Assembly: GCA_051294375.1 (NCBI GenBank)
Contig: CM119263.1
Coordinates: 22,222,833 to 22,286,832 of the forward strand
Reading direction: 5' to 3'
Length of the DNA: 64,000 nucleotides
Source of the DNA: Paraspadella gotoi
Taxonomy: Eukaryota > Animalia > Chaetognatha
The position numbers and the translations under genes are program-made. Positions 1 to 14,632 of this stretch are shown in pieces; within the stretch, counting starts at the first letter, position 1; each line of letters begins with the position of its first letter. The notes under the pieces are model-generated. The model was not told the DNA's origin. It saw only the letters and a list, made by a program, of their open reading frames with translations, and ran no database searches.

Positions 1-231
1 TTTTTGTTTTTGTATGCCAGCTTTGTTTTTTCTTCGCGAAAAGGTTTCAATCCCGAAAATAAGATCGCATTTGCCAAAAAAAAAAAAAAAAAATAAAAAA
101 CTATATAAATGAGAGAAAGAATAGGAAGTTCTCTTGATGTATGTATTTTGGTTTTTTTGAAGAAAAAGATAAGAAGAAAAAAGAGAGACCGCTATTATTT
201 ATCCGGGAACACGTGGAGAACTGAGCTAGAC

Positions 232-281
<50 letters not shown>

Positions 282-3200
282 AGAAGAGAGAGAGAGAACG
301 AGCGAAGAGAGAGAGAGAGAGAGGAGAGCCGGTTCGGTCACCCTCTCTCTCCAGCTCAAATCGTGACGAATTATTCAACTACAAAAGAGGAGTAAACAAA
401 AAAAAGAGAGAAAAAAAAAAGAAAAAAAAAAAAAAACGACGAACGAGAAAATAAAAATTAAACATATTTAAACAAATGAAAAATGGCAAAAATTGTAGCA
501 AAAGGAACTTTTTAGGAAGGAAGAAAGGGAGAGAGAACAGCGAACAACACCAGAAGGAAACTTTTGACGAGTGATACTTCTCTATCTCAATTAATTTTTA
601 TAGTAATAATTTTAGGGGCGAAAAAGCAACATTCAATCGAAGAACTTACCGTTAAAAAATCCAAAAAGGAATGAAGAAATCGAAAAAAGATAAAAAAAAA
701 AAAAACGAAGAAAAAGAAAATAAGTCTTTTTTAAATTTTATTCATTTCTTCGTCCTTTTTTATTATTCTCAGAATCTTGGGCCGAAAAAACTGTGTCAAA
801 ACGCATCCGACTTTGTTGTCATTAGAAAAAGTAGAAGCAGGGATTTCAATTTTTAATAACAGAAAAATTCGGAGTGAGAGAGGCTCAAGTTCCGTGTTAA
901 TTGAAGCCAAAAAAAATGGAAAAGAAATGAAATCGAGCAGAGAGAGAGAGAGAAGACTGAGGAGAGAGAGAGAGGAGAGGAGAGAGAGAGAGATGAGAGA
1001 GAGAGAAGAGAGAGGAGAGAGACGTACGAAATAACTCAGGGACCTTGAAGCTGCACGGCAGCGATAAACGAGAAGGGACGCGTTTTAAGAAAGAATGAAA
1101 TTACATTTTTTTTTATAATTCTTCCATCTCGATTTAAATTTCCAAGGAGAACGGGCACATTTTTCTTCTTTATTCGTGTCTTTTTAATTCTTCTTACTTT
1201 TTCTTCCTTATTCTTCTCGTCCTCCTTTTGTTTTCCATCCTTTTTCCCTCAAGCATCCCCGGATGTAATTCAAGAAACGTAAAATCGTCTTCGCTAACGT
1301 CGAAACCGAATGCATCTCAATAAAAAAAAAGTTCTTCCATTCATCTGATCTTCAAAATAAAAAAAAACACTCGGCCGCGCGAATTACAAATACGAGGTTT
1401 TCTTCGCCATTGATTTAAGGCCTTTAACTCAGCAGTCTATTTAAAATTCATGGGCCATGATAGTAATTATTACAGAATGGACGGATGATTTTGTATCAGT
1501 GTACCAATTTCTACATATTTCACATATAAAGACTGATAGGCGAAACAGGTCTCCACTTTTAAACTGTTAGATTTCAGGAAAATTTAGTCCCCTTTCATCG
1601 TTCCATATCAAAAACTATTCACTTACCAATCGCTCCTACAGGGAAGTCCTAACTGACCTGCAGAAAACCTTACCTATCACCTGAACACTCGCCAAACTCA
1701 TTCAAGTGCGATTCCGAATCGAGATTCGCCGAGTGGAAACTGGAACTAGATAAGAGACGCGACGCTACGCGTTAAATCCGGGAGGGGACGCCCTCTCTCT
1801 TCATTCTCTTCTTCCACATTCCGCCCCTCAACCCCTCTTCTTGACTATTTTTTTTCTTTACTTCTTTTCGTTATCTTTTTCCCCAATTCACCCCCCCCAA
1901 ATCTCACCGGGGGCCCGGGGCATCGATTCTGGCGAATTGCTTCCCTTCACCGAACCGGGCCTCGATTGTTTAGCCTGGGAACCAAATCATAATCATTTAG
2001 AAGTTGACGCACCCGAAAGCGTCGGTTTGTCGCCGATTGTTGATCGTAGACGCGTCGAGTTTTCATTGGTTCGAAGTTAGAGGTAAAGCCGACACGTCGA
2101 TAGCAATAATGAATGATTCCGAATTGGTCGAGGATATTTTTTATCTCTCGCCATTGGTAAATACAAGTTTGCGAATCTGGAAACTCGGTGTAACGCGCGA
2201 CGGATTTTCGCCATCCCCGGGGGAGGGAACGCTGGGAATCCGGAATGTAAAACAAACGACCGGACGGCGAGGACGCGGTAGTTAGGGTGAGTTTTGAAGG
2301 GTGAGTTTGCGAGTGAGAGCTGGATGGCGGTGAGCAGGGGGACCGTTTCCGGCGACAAGGGTAAGCTGTTGCTGGACGGTTCGAGGATTGAGGTAAGCTT
2401 AATAGAAAAGGCAGTGGAAAGCGATGTATCTTTACATGAGAAGGTACAGGAACTGGGTAAGGACGTACGAGGTAAGGAACGACAAAAGACGGTTCTGGGT
2501 TAAGGTTAATTGGTGGGATATTCCCGGAGGACCAGGGAGATTATAAAAACTTAAGAAAACTAATAGAAAAAGGCGGGAAAAGTAAGAGGAGAAGCCTAGG
2601 GATTTGAGATACGTGAAGGATTGCTACGCAAAAGAGCGCCTCCCTTTTTTAAAAACCACAGTTAAAGATTTTACGATCAAACCAGGTTTAAGATCTATGA
2701 TCTGATGATCACTTTTAAAGGCAGCTACCATCCAACCTGTTGCGTAAAGACACTAAAGTTCACGATAACGAGCGACATTTATTTTTCGCTATTCGACTGA
2801 ATCTCGTTTTGTTCTCTTCTGAATCGAGTTTCTTCGATTCCCCTTCGGAGGTCGAATGCGTGACTCGGTTGCTGCGTGCTTGATTGCCCGCGTTTGCTTG
2901 TCGCGTGCTCTGCCTCGCCCGGGTCGCTCCTTTCGACCCGCCCAGGTTTCGAAACGGCCCGGCGAATTCCAAACAACCGGCAAAGGAGGACGGATAATGG
3001 CCTGGCGAGCAGTCGCGCATTGCCGACAGAGAATTTGGGCGAAAGGAGGTTACCTACTTTTCGTCAAACTCTGGGGTCGACGTCGACTCTGGAAGAGGAT
3101 GACGATAATTGATGACGATCACTAAGGCGAAGAAAACGATGATGCAGGACGACGACGATCACGACAAAGATGAGCGCAGAATGACGACGATTAAAAAGAC

Positions 3201-4265
3201 ACAAAGAGGACAACGATGATAGAAGAAAACGATTATGATGACTTTGACGATGATGACGACGGACAACGACTAAAATTACGACGATGATGATAAATAAAGC
3301 ACTGTTGACCTATTTTCTGTCGTAATATGAAGTGGTTAACAAAGAACGCTTTATAGCAAGTAGGAGGGTTATCCTGTGCTGTTTAATTTTTTAATTTTTC
3401 CGAAATTCATTAAAACTTCTTCTTTGGCACGCATTTAATTTTTGCAATTTATCTTCTTTCACATCCATACTTTGTGATTTTCAATTCCGAACTTCTTGAA
3501 GCTTCACTCCGCTTCACCTCGTAATGTTCACACTCGAAACCTTGTGAAAAACCTTGCCTCGTTCATCCCGAGTATCGTGACGTTCACGACCCATCAGAGA
3601 GTTTTCCAATAGAAAAAGAGGAAAAAGTTCCGTCGCTAACTTTTAACCAAATTTCCTCCTCTCTAAAAAACCAACGCATACTCCACCACATCCGTCGACC
3701 GCCGCTAATTTCGGCTTTTTAATTCCTTAAATCTTTAATTCCATTAATTTTGATTTATTTCCTTTAATAAAATGGCGAGAGAGGAGGGGCTGAAAGGCTG
3801 ACAGGGGAGCGATGGGAGGGGAGAAGGAAGGAATTTAAAAGTGTCTCCTCTCGATTGATGTTTGCGATTAGGCATTTTGTGCGGCGGACCACGACACCTT
3901 CCGTGGAGAGAAGTACAACGACGAAACGACGACAACAACCAAAAATTACTTTTGAAAAGCTCGCCTCTAGGTTTGAAAAGATGTGGCAATGATTACTAAA
4001 TGTTCATCTTTCCATGTTTATAGCTATTGCATGATTATTGGTACAAGTGGCAGAATTCAAATATTTTTAATTCTCTCTTAACCCCACAACTCCCAATTTT
4101 GAGAAAAAAAAAAATGTTAATAGAGATGAATATTATCCAGTGCCTGCCGCCGTGGAGAATTGGGTCGCAATTTTTTTCCCTCCGTCGACGCCTGTTTTGC
4201 AAAAACAAAAATCAAACTAATTCGCCGATATGAATCTCTCCCCTCTCTCTCTCTCTCTCTCTCTC

Positions 4266-4319
<54 letters not shown>

Positions 4320-5520
4320 CATCGATGCGCTGCAAATTCTGCGGTTTGCACGCCCAAGTTTCGGCGATCGAGAAATTGCACGGTGCCATTTTGCGTGCAA
4401 GTGCACGCGTCATTAATAATGACGTAGCATCTCCGTCGATTTTTGACGCCCTGAGGTCGTAAAACTCGAGAATAAATCGTGGGATGTTAACGATGGCGAG
4501 AAAATGTTGGGAATACTCATTTGATATATTACATTTATGAAAGCTTTATATTACTTTAATATATTTATTGTTATAAATTAAACATTTTAAGCTGCATCTT
4601 GTTTCGATTCACTGAAAGAAGTTTGAAAATAATATAGCTAATATAAGAATGTGTTTTTATATTAAGTATATAAAGCTATATAATACTATAAAGCTCAAAG
4701 GCATAGCCGAAGACTCTCTCTCTCTCTCCTTCTCTCTCTCTCTTCTCTCTTCTCTCCATACGCGCCAAACATGCGTGTTCCGTCATCAAACTTCTCAGTT
4801 AACTTCAACTTTTTTTCCCCGACCACCTCCCCCCTTGCTACGGCCCTCCTCGTCCGTGAAACGTTCGAACGGTCGCGCTTGATCAACGAGATGTTGTATT
4901 CTAGACAACAACCCTCTGACATTCACTCTTTCCACATTCCTTTCACCCAAATTCATTCTACACCCCCCGCGCCTCTAGAACAAAAAAAAAAAAAACAAGG
5001 GCAAAAAATATTCCTACGATCTCAGGTCGTCGTTATAGTCGTCGTCCCCCGGGGTGAGAGGCGGACAGAGGTGGATGGTGGTACACATATTAAGCCTAAG
5101 CAGCAGAAGAAGAGTCGCCGGTTAAAACGGGGCTCAGGGAAGAAAGAGGAAGAGGACAGTACAGTGATCAAGGAGTTTCAAATAATTGGCAAAGGTGTGA
5201 ATGTTTAAAGAAGGGAAGGAAAGTATAGATTCCTGAGCGAAGCGAAGGAGTGCAGGTTGAAAGGTTTTTAAATTAAAAAACGTTTAAAGATTGCTGATGG
5301 TAAGAATGATTTAAGATGAAAGAAAAAAACATATTTAATTTATTTTCAATTGCCAACATTGTGACGAAAGTAACAAGAACAATAATGACATGTAATGACG
5401 TAGAAAACTTCAATAGGGCATTAGCAATATGACAAATTTATTAATTTGACTATTAATACTAAAATAGCAATCACTAAATAACGTTAAATGTATCATGACT
5501 TTATTGACATGACTGTCTCA
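1..5520. repeat. Copy A of a >=5.5-kb direct duplication (copy B at ~7145-12620)
   Basis: Colinear near-identity throughout, e.g. cttcgcgaaaagg..caatcccgaaaataagatcgcatttgcc at ~31 and ~7170, and gactttattgacatgactgtc at ~5497 and ~12597. Differences are mostly scattered 1-nt indels, typical of unpolished long-read sequence. Confidence 0.95.
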
Positions 5521-7144
5521 TTAAAACCAGAGGATGCAGACGCATACCGGGAGCGGAGTGAAAACGCGCGGACAGGGCGCAGTTTTGAGTGGCGAACTTG
5601 GAACTAGAGTCAAAAAATTGGGGAGAAGGGAGGCGAATGCGGAGGCGCAAAAAACGTGCGCTTCGCCTCTTGTTCTTTTGTTTTTATAGGCGAAAATTTC
5701 AAAAGTTTTTGCCAAATTATAACCGTTTCTATTTTCAAATTGTTCTTTTTTTTCAAATTAGATATTGCCTAAAATTCTAAAGCGTTTATCAGCTGCCATT
5801 GGTTTTATATAATATATTTTTTATTCAAAAGAAAGATATTTTTAGTTCTGATTATAATTTATTTTAATCTAATAGTTGTTGTACATAAGCTATAATTTTA
5901 TATCTTTGCTATTTAATACATTCATTCACTCAATTTATTCCCTTTTTTATTTTAAACAAAAGATAACTTAAATAGTTAATTTATTCCTATGAATATTTAA
6001 TTAATATTTATTCATAAATTCTATTCTATTCTATTTATTTATTAACTCTTATTCATTATTATTAATCAAATAATTTTTTTTACTTGCGTCTTTTTAAACT
6101 TGCACCTTTTTTGATTTGCATTATTAATTTTAACTGGGATCATTTTCAACTGCAATCTCTCTCTNNNNNNNNNNNNNNNNNNNNNNNNNCTTTAAAAGGC
6201 TGTCTTCGCCCGCGAAAGATCATCGAAGGCTGGAAAAGGCCGGCCCACTCGGGACGGGTCATTATGGCTTAAAACTTCACTTTTTTTAAAAACTGAAAAA
6301 AAAAAAACAAGATAAAGTTACATCTTTTGGTTATTTCTGCCTAAAAAAAGGACATTATGTTTCAACCTTTTCAAAAATGGCCCGTCTTGTCCACAGGCCA
6401 ATCGATGAGAATCGAAATTGGGCACGAGACGCGAGCTCGAGGCATAATTCTGGCAGAACGATTAAAACAAGTATGATGAGTGCGCACGAATTTACGAACG
6501 ATTGAACGAAAGGACTAACGAAAGAACGAAGGAAGGAACGAACGAATGATGAAACGAAGCAGGGAATAAATAGAAGATTGAAGGGAAAGAACCAAAATAT
6601 CAACAAACGAACGAAGAGAAAATCGAGGAATGAGCGAAGGAGCAAATGCCTGATTGAGCCAACGAACGACTGAGCTTGGGAACCTTCGAGCGACGTGATA
6701 GAATAACCAGTAACTTTTGTTATATGTACAATAGAATTGTATATATTAGGCATTTAATCATAGAAAAGAAAGAGAAATAAGATGGAAACGAATTAAAATC
6801 CAAATCGAAAACATCTCGATTTCCCGAACTTTGGATCAGCATTGTGGTCGTCCTTGACTCTGTTATCGTCATCACCATCATCATCATGATTTTGGGGGGA
6901 AACCATTCGCTAGGGGGTCATTACGGGGGGATTGAAAAGTCTGTCATGCGAAAATTAGGATCAGTTTGGGTTAACAAGATGTTTCAAGGGTCGGGGAAAG
7001 TGGAGGACGGCGACAACGACGACGACGTCGACGACGACGATAATGACGATGGCTTTTGGCGTTTACTGGTCGCATGAATTTTTTTTTTCTTATTTTTCGT
7101 CTGTTGCGATTTCATTAGTTCCAATTGAGATTTTTTTTTACAAA

Positions 7145-7355
7145 CGATTTTGATGGCAGCTTTGTTTTTCTTCGCGAAAAGGGTTCAATCCCGAAAATAA
7201 GATCGCATTTGCCAAAAAAAAAAAAATAAAAATACGTATATAAATGAGAGAAAGAATAGGAAGTTCTCTTGATGTATGTATTTTGGTTTTTTGAAGAAAA
7301 AGATCAGAAAAAAGAGACGCTATTATTTATCCGGGAACACGTGGAGAACTGAGCT

Positions 7356-7413
<58 letters not shown>

Positions 7414-10400
7414 GAGTTCGGTCACCCTCTCTCTCCAGCATCAAGATCGTGACGAATGTATTCAACTACAAAAGAGGAGTAAACAAAAAAAAGAGAGAAA
7501 AAAAAGAAAAACGACGAACGAGAAAAATTAAAAGATTTGAAAGATGCATTGTTAAATATGATAAATAAATCAAATGAAAAATGGCCAAAAATTGTAGCAA
7601 AAGGAACTATTTTAGGAAGGAAGAAAGGGAGAGAGAACAGCGACAACATACCAGAAGGAAAAAACTTTTGACGAGTGATACTTTCCATATCTCAATTAAT
7701 TTTTTATAGTATAATTTTTAGGGGGAAAAATGCAACATTTTTCAATCGAAGAACTTACCGTAAAAAATCCAAAAAGGAATGAGAGAAATCGAAAAAGATA
7801 AAAAATAAAAAAAAAACGAAGAAAAAGAAAATGAGTCTTTTTAATTTTATTCATTTCTTCGATCCTTTTTTATTATTCTCAGAATCTTGGGCCGAAAAAA
7901 CTGTGTCAAAACGCATCCGACCTTGTTGTCATAGAAAAGTAGAAGCAGGGATTTCAATTTTTATAACCAGAAAAAATTCGGAGTGAGAGAGGCTCAAGTT
8001 CCGTGTTAATTGAAGCCAAAANNNNNNNNNNNNNNNNNNNNNNNNNNNNNNNNNNNNNNNNNNNNNNNNNNNNNNNNNNNNNNNNNNNNNNNNNNNNNNN
8101 NNNNNNNNNNNNNNNNNNNNNNNNNNNNNNNNNNNNNNNNAGAGAGACGTACGAAATAACCAGGGACCTTGAAGCTGCACTGGAGCATAACGAGAAGGGG
8201 ACGCGTTTAAAAAAGAATGAAATTACATTTTTTTTTTAATTTCCCATCTCGAATTTAAATTTCCAAGGAGACGGGCACATTTTTTCTTCTTTATTTCGTC
8301 TTTTAATTCTTCTTACTTTTTCTTTTCCTTTTCTTCTCGTCCTCCTTTTGTTTTCCATCCGTTTTCCCTCAAGCATCCCCGGATGTAATTCAAGAAACGT
8401 AAAATCGTCTTCGCTCGGTCGAACCCGAATGCATCTCAAAAAAAGTTCTTCCATCATCTGATCTTCAAAATATAAAAAAAATCACTCGGCCGCGTCGAAT
8501 TACAACAGAGTCTTCTTCGCCATTGATTTAAGGCCTTAACTCAGCAGTCTATTAAAATTCATGGGCCTGATAGCTAATTTATACAACGAACGGATGATTT
8601 TGTATCTATTGTACCAATTTCACATATTTCACATATAAAGACTATAGGCGAAACAGGTCTTCCCTTTTTAAACTGTTAGATTTCAGGAAAATTTTTAGTT
8701 CCCCTTTCATCTTCCATTATCAAAAACTTTCACTTACCCAATCGCTCCTCAGGAAGTCCTAACTTACCTCAGAAAACCTTACCTAATCACTGAACTCGCA
8801 AACTCATTCAAGGCTGCGATTCCGAATCGAGATTCGCCGAGTGGAAACTGGAAACTAGAAAGAGACGCGACGCTCGGTTAAATTCCCGGGAGGGGACGCC
8901 TCCTCCTCTTCATTCTCTTCTTCCACATTCCGCCCCTCAACCCCTCTTCTTGCTTTTTTTTTTCTTTACTTCTTTCGTTCTTTTTCCCAATTCACCCCCC
9001 CCCCAATCTCACCGGGGGCCCGGGCATCGATTTGGCGGAATTGCTTCCTCACCGAACGGGGCCTCGATTGTTTAGCCTGGGAACCAAATCGAATAATCAT
9101 TTAGAAGTTGACGTCACCGAAGCGTCGGTGTCGCGATTGGTTGATCGTAAGACGCGTCGAGTTTTCATTGGTCGAAGTTAGAGGTAAAGCCGACACGTCG
9201 ATAGCAATAATGAATGATTCCGATTGGTCGAGGATATTTTTTATCTCTCGCCATTGGTAAATACAAGTTGCGAATCTGGAACTCGGGTAACGCGCGACGG
9301 ATTTTCGCCATCCCCGGGGGGAGGGACGCTGGGAATCCGGAATGTAAACAACGACCGGGACGGCGAGACGGGGTTAAGGGGTGAGTTTAAGGGTGAGTTT
9401 GCGAGGTGAGAGCTGATGAGCGGTGAGCGAGGGGGACCGTTTCGGCGACAAGGGTAGCTGTTGCTGACGGTTCGAGGGATGAGGTAAGCTTAATAGAAAA
9501 GGCAGTGGAAAAGCGAGTGGTATACATGAGAAGGTAAGGACTGGGGTAAGGGACGTCGAGGGTAAGGAACGACAAAAGACGGTTCTGGGTTAAGGGTTAA
9601 TTGGTTGGGATATTCCCGGGAGGGACCAGGGAGATTATAAAACTAAGAAAACTAATAGGAAAAAGTGCGGGAAAGTAAGGAAGCCTGGGATAGAGATACG
9701 GTAAGATTGCTTACGGCAAAAGAGCGCCTCCCTTTTTAAAACCACAGTAAAGATTTTACGATCAAACCAGGTTTAAGATCTATGATCTATGATCACTTTT
9801 AAAGCAGCTACCATCCAACCTGTTGCGTAAAGACACTAAAGTTCACGATAACGAGACGATTTATTTTTCGCTGATTCGACTGAATCTCGTTTTTTCTCTT
9901 CTGAGATCGAGTTTCTTCGATTTCCCCTTCGGAGGTCGAATCGGACTCGGTTGCTTGGTTGCTTGATTGCCCGGTTGCTTGGTCGCGCTCTGCCTCGCCC
10001 GGGTCGCTCCTTTCGACCCGCCCAGGTTTCGAAACGCCCCGGCGAATTCCAAACGAACCGGCAAAGGAGGCGGATAATCGGCCGAGCAGTCGCGATGCCG
10101 AGAGAATTTGGGGCGAAGGAGTTTACCTACTTTTTCGTCAAACTCTGGGGTCGACGTTCGACTCTGGAAGAGGATGACGATAATGATGACGATCACTAAG
10201 GCGAAGAAAACGATGATGAGGACGACGACGATCACGACAAAGAGGACGAGAATGACGACGATTAAAAAGACATCAAAGAGGACAACGATGAAGAAGAAAA
10301 CGATTATGATGACTTTGACGATGATGACGACGACAACGACGAAAATTACGACGATGATGATAACTAGCACTGTTAGACCTATTTTCTGTCGTATATGAAG

Positions 10401-11290
10401 TGGTATACAAAAACGCTTTATATAGCTAAGTAGGAGGGTTATCTGTGCTGTTTAAATTTTTTAATTTTTCCGAATTCATTAAAACTTTCTTCTTTGCACG
10501 CATTTAATTTTTGCAATTATCTCTTTCACATCCATACCTTGTGATTTTCAATTCCGAACTTCTTGAAGTTCACTCCTTCACCTCGTAATGTTCACACTCG
10601 AACCTTGTGAAAAACCTTGCCTCGTTCATTCCCGAGTATCGTGACGTTCACGACCATCAGAGAGTTATTCCAATAGAAAAGAGGAAAAAGTTCCGTCGCT
10701 AACTTTTAACCAAATTTCCTCTCTAAAAAAACCAACGCATACTCCACCAGATCCGTCGACCGCCGCTAATTTCGGCTTTTTAATTCCATTAATCTTAATT
10801 CCATTAATTTTGATTTAATTTCCTTTAATTAAAATGGCGAGAGAGGAGGGGCTGAAAGGGGCTGACAGGGGGTGGGAGGGGGAGAAGAAGGAATTTAAAA
10901 GGTCTCCTCTCGATTGAGTTGCGATTAGATTTTGTGCGGCGACCACGACGACCTTCCGCTGGAAGAAGTACAACGACGACAACGACGACAACAACAAAAA
11001 TTACTTTTTGAAAAGTCTCGCTTCTAGGGTTTGAAAAGATGTGGCATGATTACTAAATGTTTCATCTTCCATGTTTTATTGAGTTTTGAGGCAGAATTCA
11101 ACATATTTTAATTCTCTCTTAACCACAACTCCTCAATTTTGAAAAAAAAAAATGTTAATAGAGATTGATTATCCCAGTCGCCCCGTGGAGAATGGCGCAA
11201 TTTTTTTTTCCTCCGTCGACGCCTGTTTTGCAAAAACAAAATCAAACTAATTCGCCATATGAATCTCTCTCTCTCTCTCTCTCTCTCTCG

Positions 11291-11345
<55 letters not shown>

Positions 11346-11700
11346 CATCGATGCGTGCAAATTCTGGTTTGCACGCCCAAGTTTCGGCGATCGGGGAGAA
11401 ATGCACGTGCATTTGCGTGCAAGTGCACGCGTCATTAATAATGACGAGCATCTCCGTCGATTTTTGACGCCCTGAGGTCGTATAAACCTCGAGAATAATC
11501 GTGGATGTAAAACGAGGCGAGGAAATGTTGGGAATACTCATTTGATATATACATTTATGAAAGCTATATTACTTTAATATATTTATTGATTAAAATTTTA
11601 ACATTTTAACTGCATTTGTTCGATTCACTGAAAGAGTTTGAAATTGAATAAAAAAGGGTTTATATGTTGCGATATATCTAAAGCTGCAAAGCATAGCCAA

Positions 11701-11755
<55 letters not shown>

Positions 11756-12620
11756 ACGCGCCAACAGTGCGTGTTCCGTCATCAAACTTCTTCATTAACT
11801 CAACTTTTCCCCCGACCACCTCCCCCCCTTGCTACGGCCCTCCGTCGTCGCGTTCGAACGCGTTCGAACGCGTTGATCAACGAGATGTTGATAATTCGTA
11901 GACACAACCCTCTGACATTCACTCTTCCTACATTCCTTTCACCCAAATCATTCTACACCCCGCGCCCTCCTAGAACAAAAAAAAAANNNNNNNNNNNNNN
12001 NNNNNNNNNNNNNNNNNNNNNNNNNNNNNNNNNNNNNNNNNNNNNNNNNNNNNNNNNNNNNNNNNNNNNNNNNNNNNNNNNNNNNNNNNNNNNNNNNNNN
12101 NNNNNNNNNNNNNNNNNNNNNNNNNNNNNNNNNNNNNNNNNNNNNNNNNNNNNNNNNNNNNNNNNNNNNNNNNNNNNNNNNNNNNNNNNNNNNNNNNCTA
12201 AGGAGAAGAAGAAGAGTCGGGCGGTTAAAACGGGGCTAAGGAGAAAGAGGAAGAGGACAAGTCACGTGATCAAGGGGTTTCAAATAATCTGGGCAAAGGT
12301 GTGAATGTTTAAAGAAGGGAAGGAAAGTATAGATCCTGAGCGAAGCGAAGGAGTGAGGGTTGAAAGGTTTGAAATTGAAAACGGTTAAAGATTGTGAGGG
12401 TAGGAATGGATAAGATGAAGAAAAAAAACATATTTAATTTATTTTTTCTATTGCCAACATTGAGGGACGAAGTAAAAGAACAATTAATGACAGTAAATGA
12501 CGTAGAAAACTTCAATAGGCATTAGCAATATGACGAAATTTATAACTTGACTATAATACTAAAATAGCAATCACTAAATAACGTTAGAATGTACATGACT
12601 TTATTGACATGACTGTCATA
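7145..12620. repeat. Copy B of the direct duplication, interrupted by N gaps at 8022-8140 and 11987-12197
   Basis: Same sequence as 1-5520 at an offset of about 7.1 kb. Confidence 0.95.
10168..10368 (+). repeat. Degenerate (GAC/GAT/GAA)n trinucleotide tract (second copy at ~3092-3292)
   Basis: gaagaggatgacgataatgatgacgatcac...gacgatgatgataactag. It reads as Asp/Glu-rich but has in-frame stops. Confidence 0.8.
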
Positions 12621-13185
12621 AAACTGACCTAAAATGACTAGAGGCATAAAGCAAAGAACGAAGAAAAATATTTTGNNNNNNNNNNTATTTAATTTATTTT
12701 TTCTATTGCCAACATTGAGGGACGAAGTAAAAGAACAATTAATGACAGTAAATGACGTAGAAAACTTCAATAGGCATTAGCAATATGACGAAATTTATAA
12801 CTTGACTATAATACTAAAATAGCAATCACTAAATAACGTTAGAATGTACATGACTTTATTGACATGACTGNNNNNNNNNNAAATTAAAAACGGTTAAAGA
12901 TTGTGAGGGTAGGTATGGATAAGATGAAGAAAAAAAACATATTTAATTTATTTTTTCTATTGCCAACATTGAGGGACGAAGTAAAAGAACAATTAATGAC
13001 AGTAAATGACGTAGAAAACTTCAATAGGCATTAGCAATATGACGAAATTTATAACTTGACTATAATACTAAAATAGCAATCACTAAATAACGTTAGAATG
13101 TACATGACTTTATTGACATGACTGTCATAAAACTGACCTAAAATGACTAAAGGCATAAAGCAAAGAACGAAGAAAAAGATTTTGG
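12380..13185. repeat. Three overlapping near-identical copies of a ~190-300 bp segment separated by 10-N gaps (probable scaffolding redundancy)
   Basis: tatttaatttattttttctattgccaacattgagggacgaagtaaaagaac... occurs at ~12431, 12686 and ~12940. N runs at 12676-12685 and 12871-12880. Confidence 0.9.
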
Positions 13186-14388
13186 GAGATAAAAATCCAA
13201 AAAGAAAAATACTTTTTTCTTCTTTTTTTATAAATTAAATTTGGCGACGCTGACTGTTGAGTGATCGCGAGAGGCAAGACTTGCGCCGAATTCTTGGTTT
13301 TAGGGTTGAGGGTGATCTTTGGGGAAGTCGAAAGTGTGAAGATGACACATTTTATTTTGCTCTCGAAGTTCGAAGACTGAAATCTTTACCCGCCGCCTCT
13401 GTTGCTTTTTAGTTGCGCCGCGAGTCACTGCGTCCCAACACGTTTGAATTACCGTTCTTGTTTTCTAGTCATGAATCCTCATGAATTTTTTAATGTCATT
13501 GTATTAGGACTCGAGCATTGTGCTAGATACATTGTCACAAGTCATAATTACCGCGATAAAACGTGATTTAAAGCGGCAATCGGCCCAAAAAATTAAGCAC
13601 AATAAGTAAAAAGAAAACACCAAACAAAAAAAAACAACAACAAAAACAACAACAACAACAACTGTGACATTTGGAAGCGTCTCTCCGACGTAATAAGGAA
13701 AGCGTCAGTCGAGAATCCGATACTTTTTCGGTTTCTCGTCAGAAACTGTCGTTAATTTTAACGATAGGCGGGTAGTTGTTTCATAATAAGTAAAAAAAAC
13801 TAATTTATTTTTCCTTAGGAGAAAATATAGACAAACAAAGTATTGTTATGACTCAATTTAGGCATCTGATACTAGATGCACCTTCATCTGCACCTTCATC
13901 TTTATGTGAAAACGATATTCTACAACATCCATCACAATCTCACAGGCGAATCACCTTCATTTCGGATTTTTCCCTATCCTGCCCCTTCGCTAATTTCCCC
14001 TCAAATCCTCACAAACGCGACGGGCATACATCACCGGGACTGGGCATATTTTACCTGGACAGAGTGCCCCACATCCTAAACCCCGTCGCTAAACCCTGAT
14101 ATCGATTATAGACATTCGTCAGTCCGACGTTCGCTCATTTCATCCTACATCCCTAATCCCGCCAATAACAACCTCTCGAGCTTTCCTCTTTACTCTACAC
14201 CCCTTATTGAAATCAAAATAATCCCTAGGCTCCAATATGAAATTAGTACAAATCAAATAAAATATAAATTGAATTAATATATGAGCTATCTTGTCCTTCA
14301 CTATTAAAAGATAATAACTGCAATCACAACTCTCTTACAGTCAATGTTATAAACAGTCCAGATGTTTTTTACTAACATTGATCATTAC

Positions 14389-14632
14389 CGTTCGCGAGAC
14401 AGTCTCGACCACACCAGCACCCCACACTCCTCCGCCCCTGACCCGGCGACCTTCCTCTCGCCTCGCGTCACGAGCATTTCGACTCTCCCCCCCCCCCGCC
14501 CTCCGCCCGCCCTTTTCGCGCCTTCGCTTCCCGGAGGAGGATTGGGGGAGTTGACGAGATTTGCGAGAGCGGGGTTGTTAGGGCGAAGTGGATGGGGGGG
14601 ATCGAAAATTCTAGAAGGGACGCTATCATGTA
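14389..14632 (-). CDS. Possible isolated minus-strand exon of an unknown protein (..RVEMLVTRGERKVAGSGAEECGVLVWSRLSRE)
   Basis: GC-rich island in AT-rich flanks with an open frame, candidate acceptor ctacttcaag| and donor cg|gtaatg. No recognisable domain, and plus-strand frames are also open. Confidence 0.2.

Noticed and set aside
10168-10368. Asp/Glu-rich frame with internal TAA stops, suggesting stop-codon reassignment
   Set aside because: The GPCR ends in TAA and has no internal stops over 935 codons. The tract is a decayed (GAC/GAT)n repeat like others in the window.
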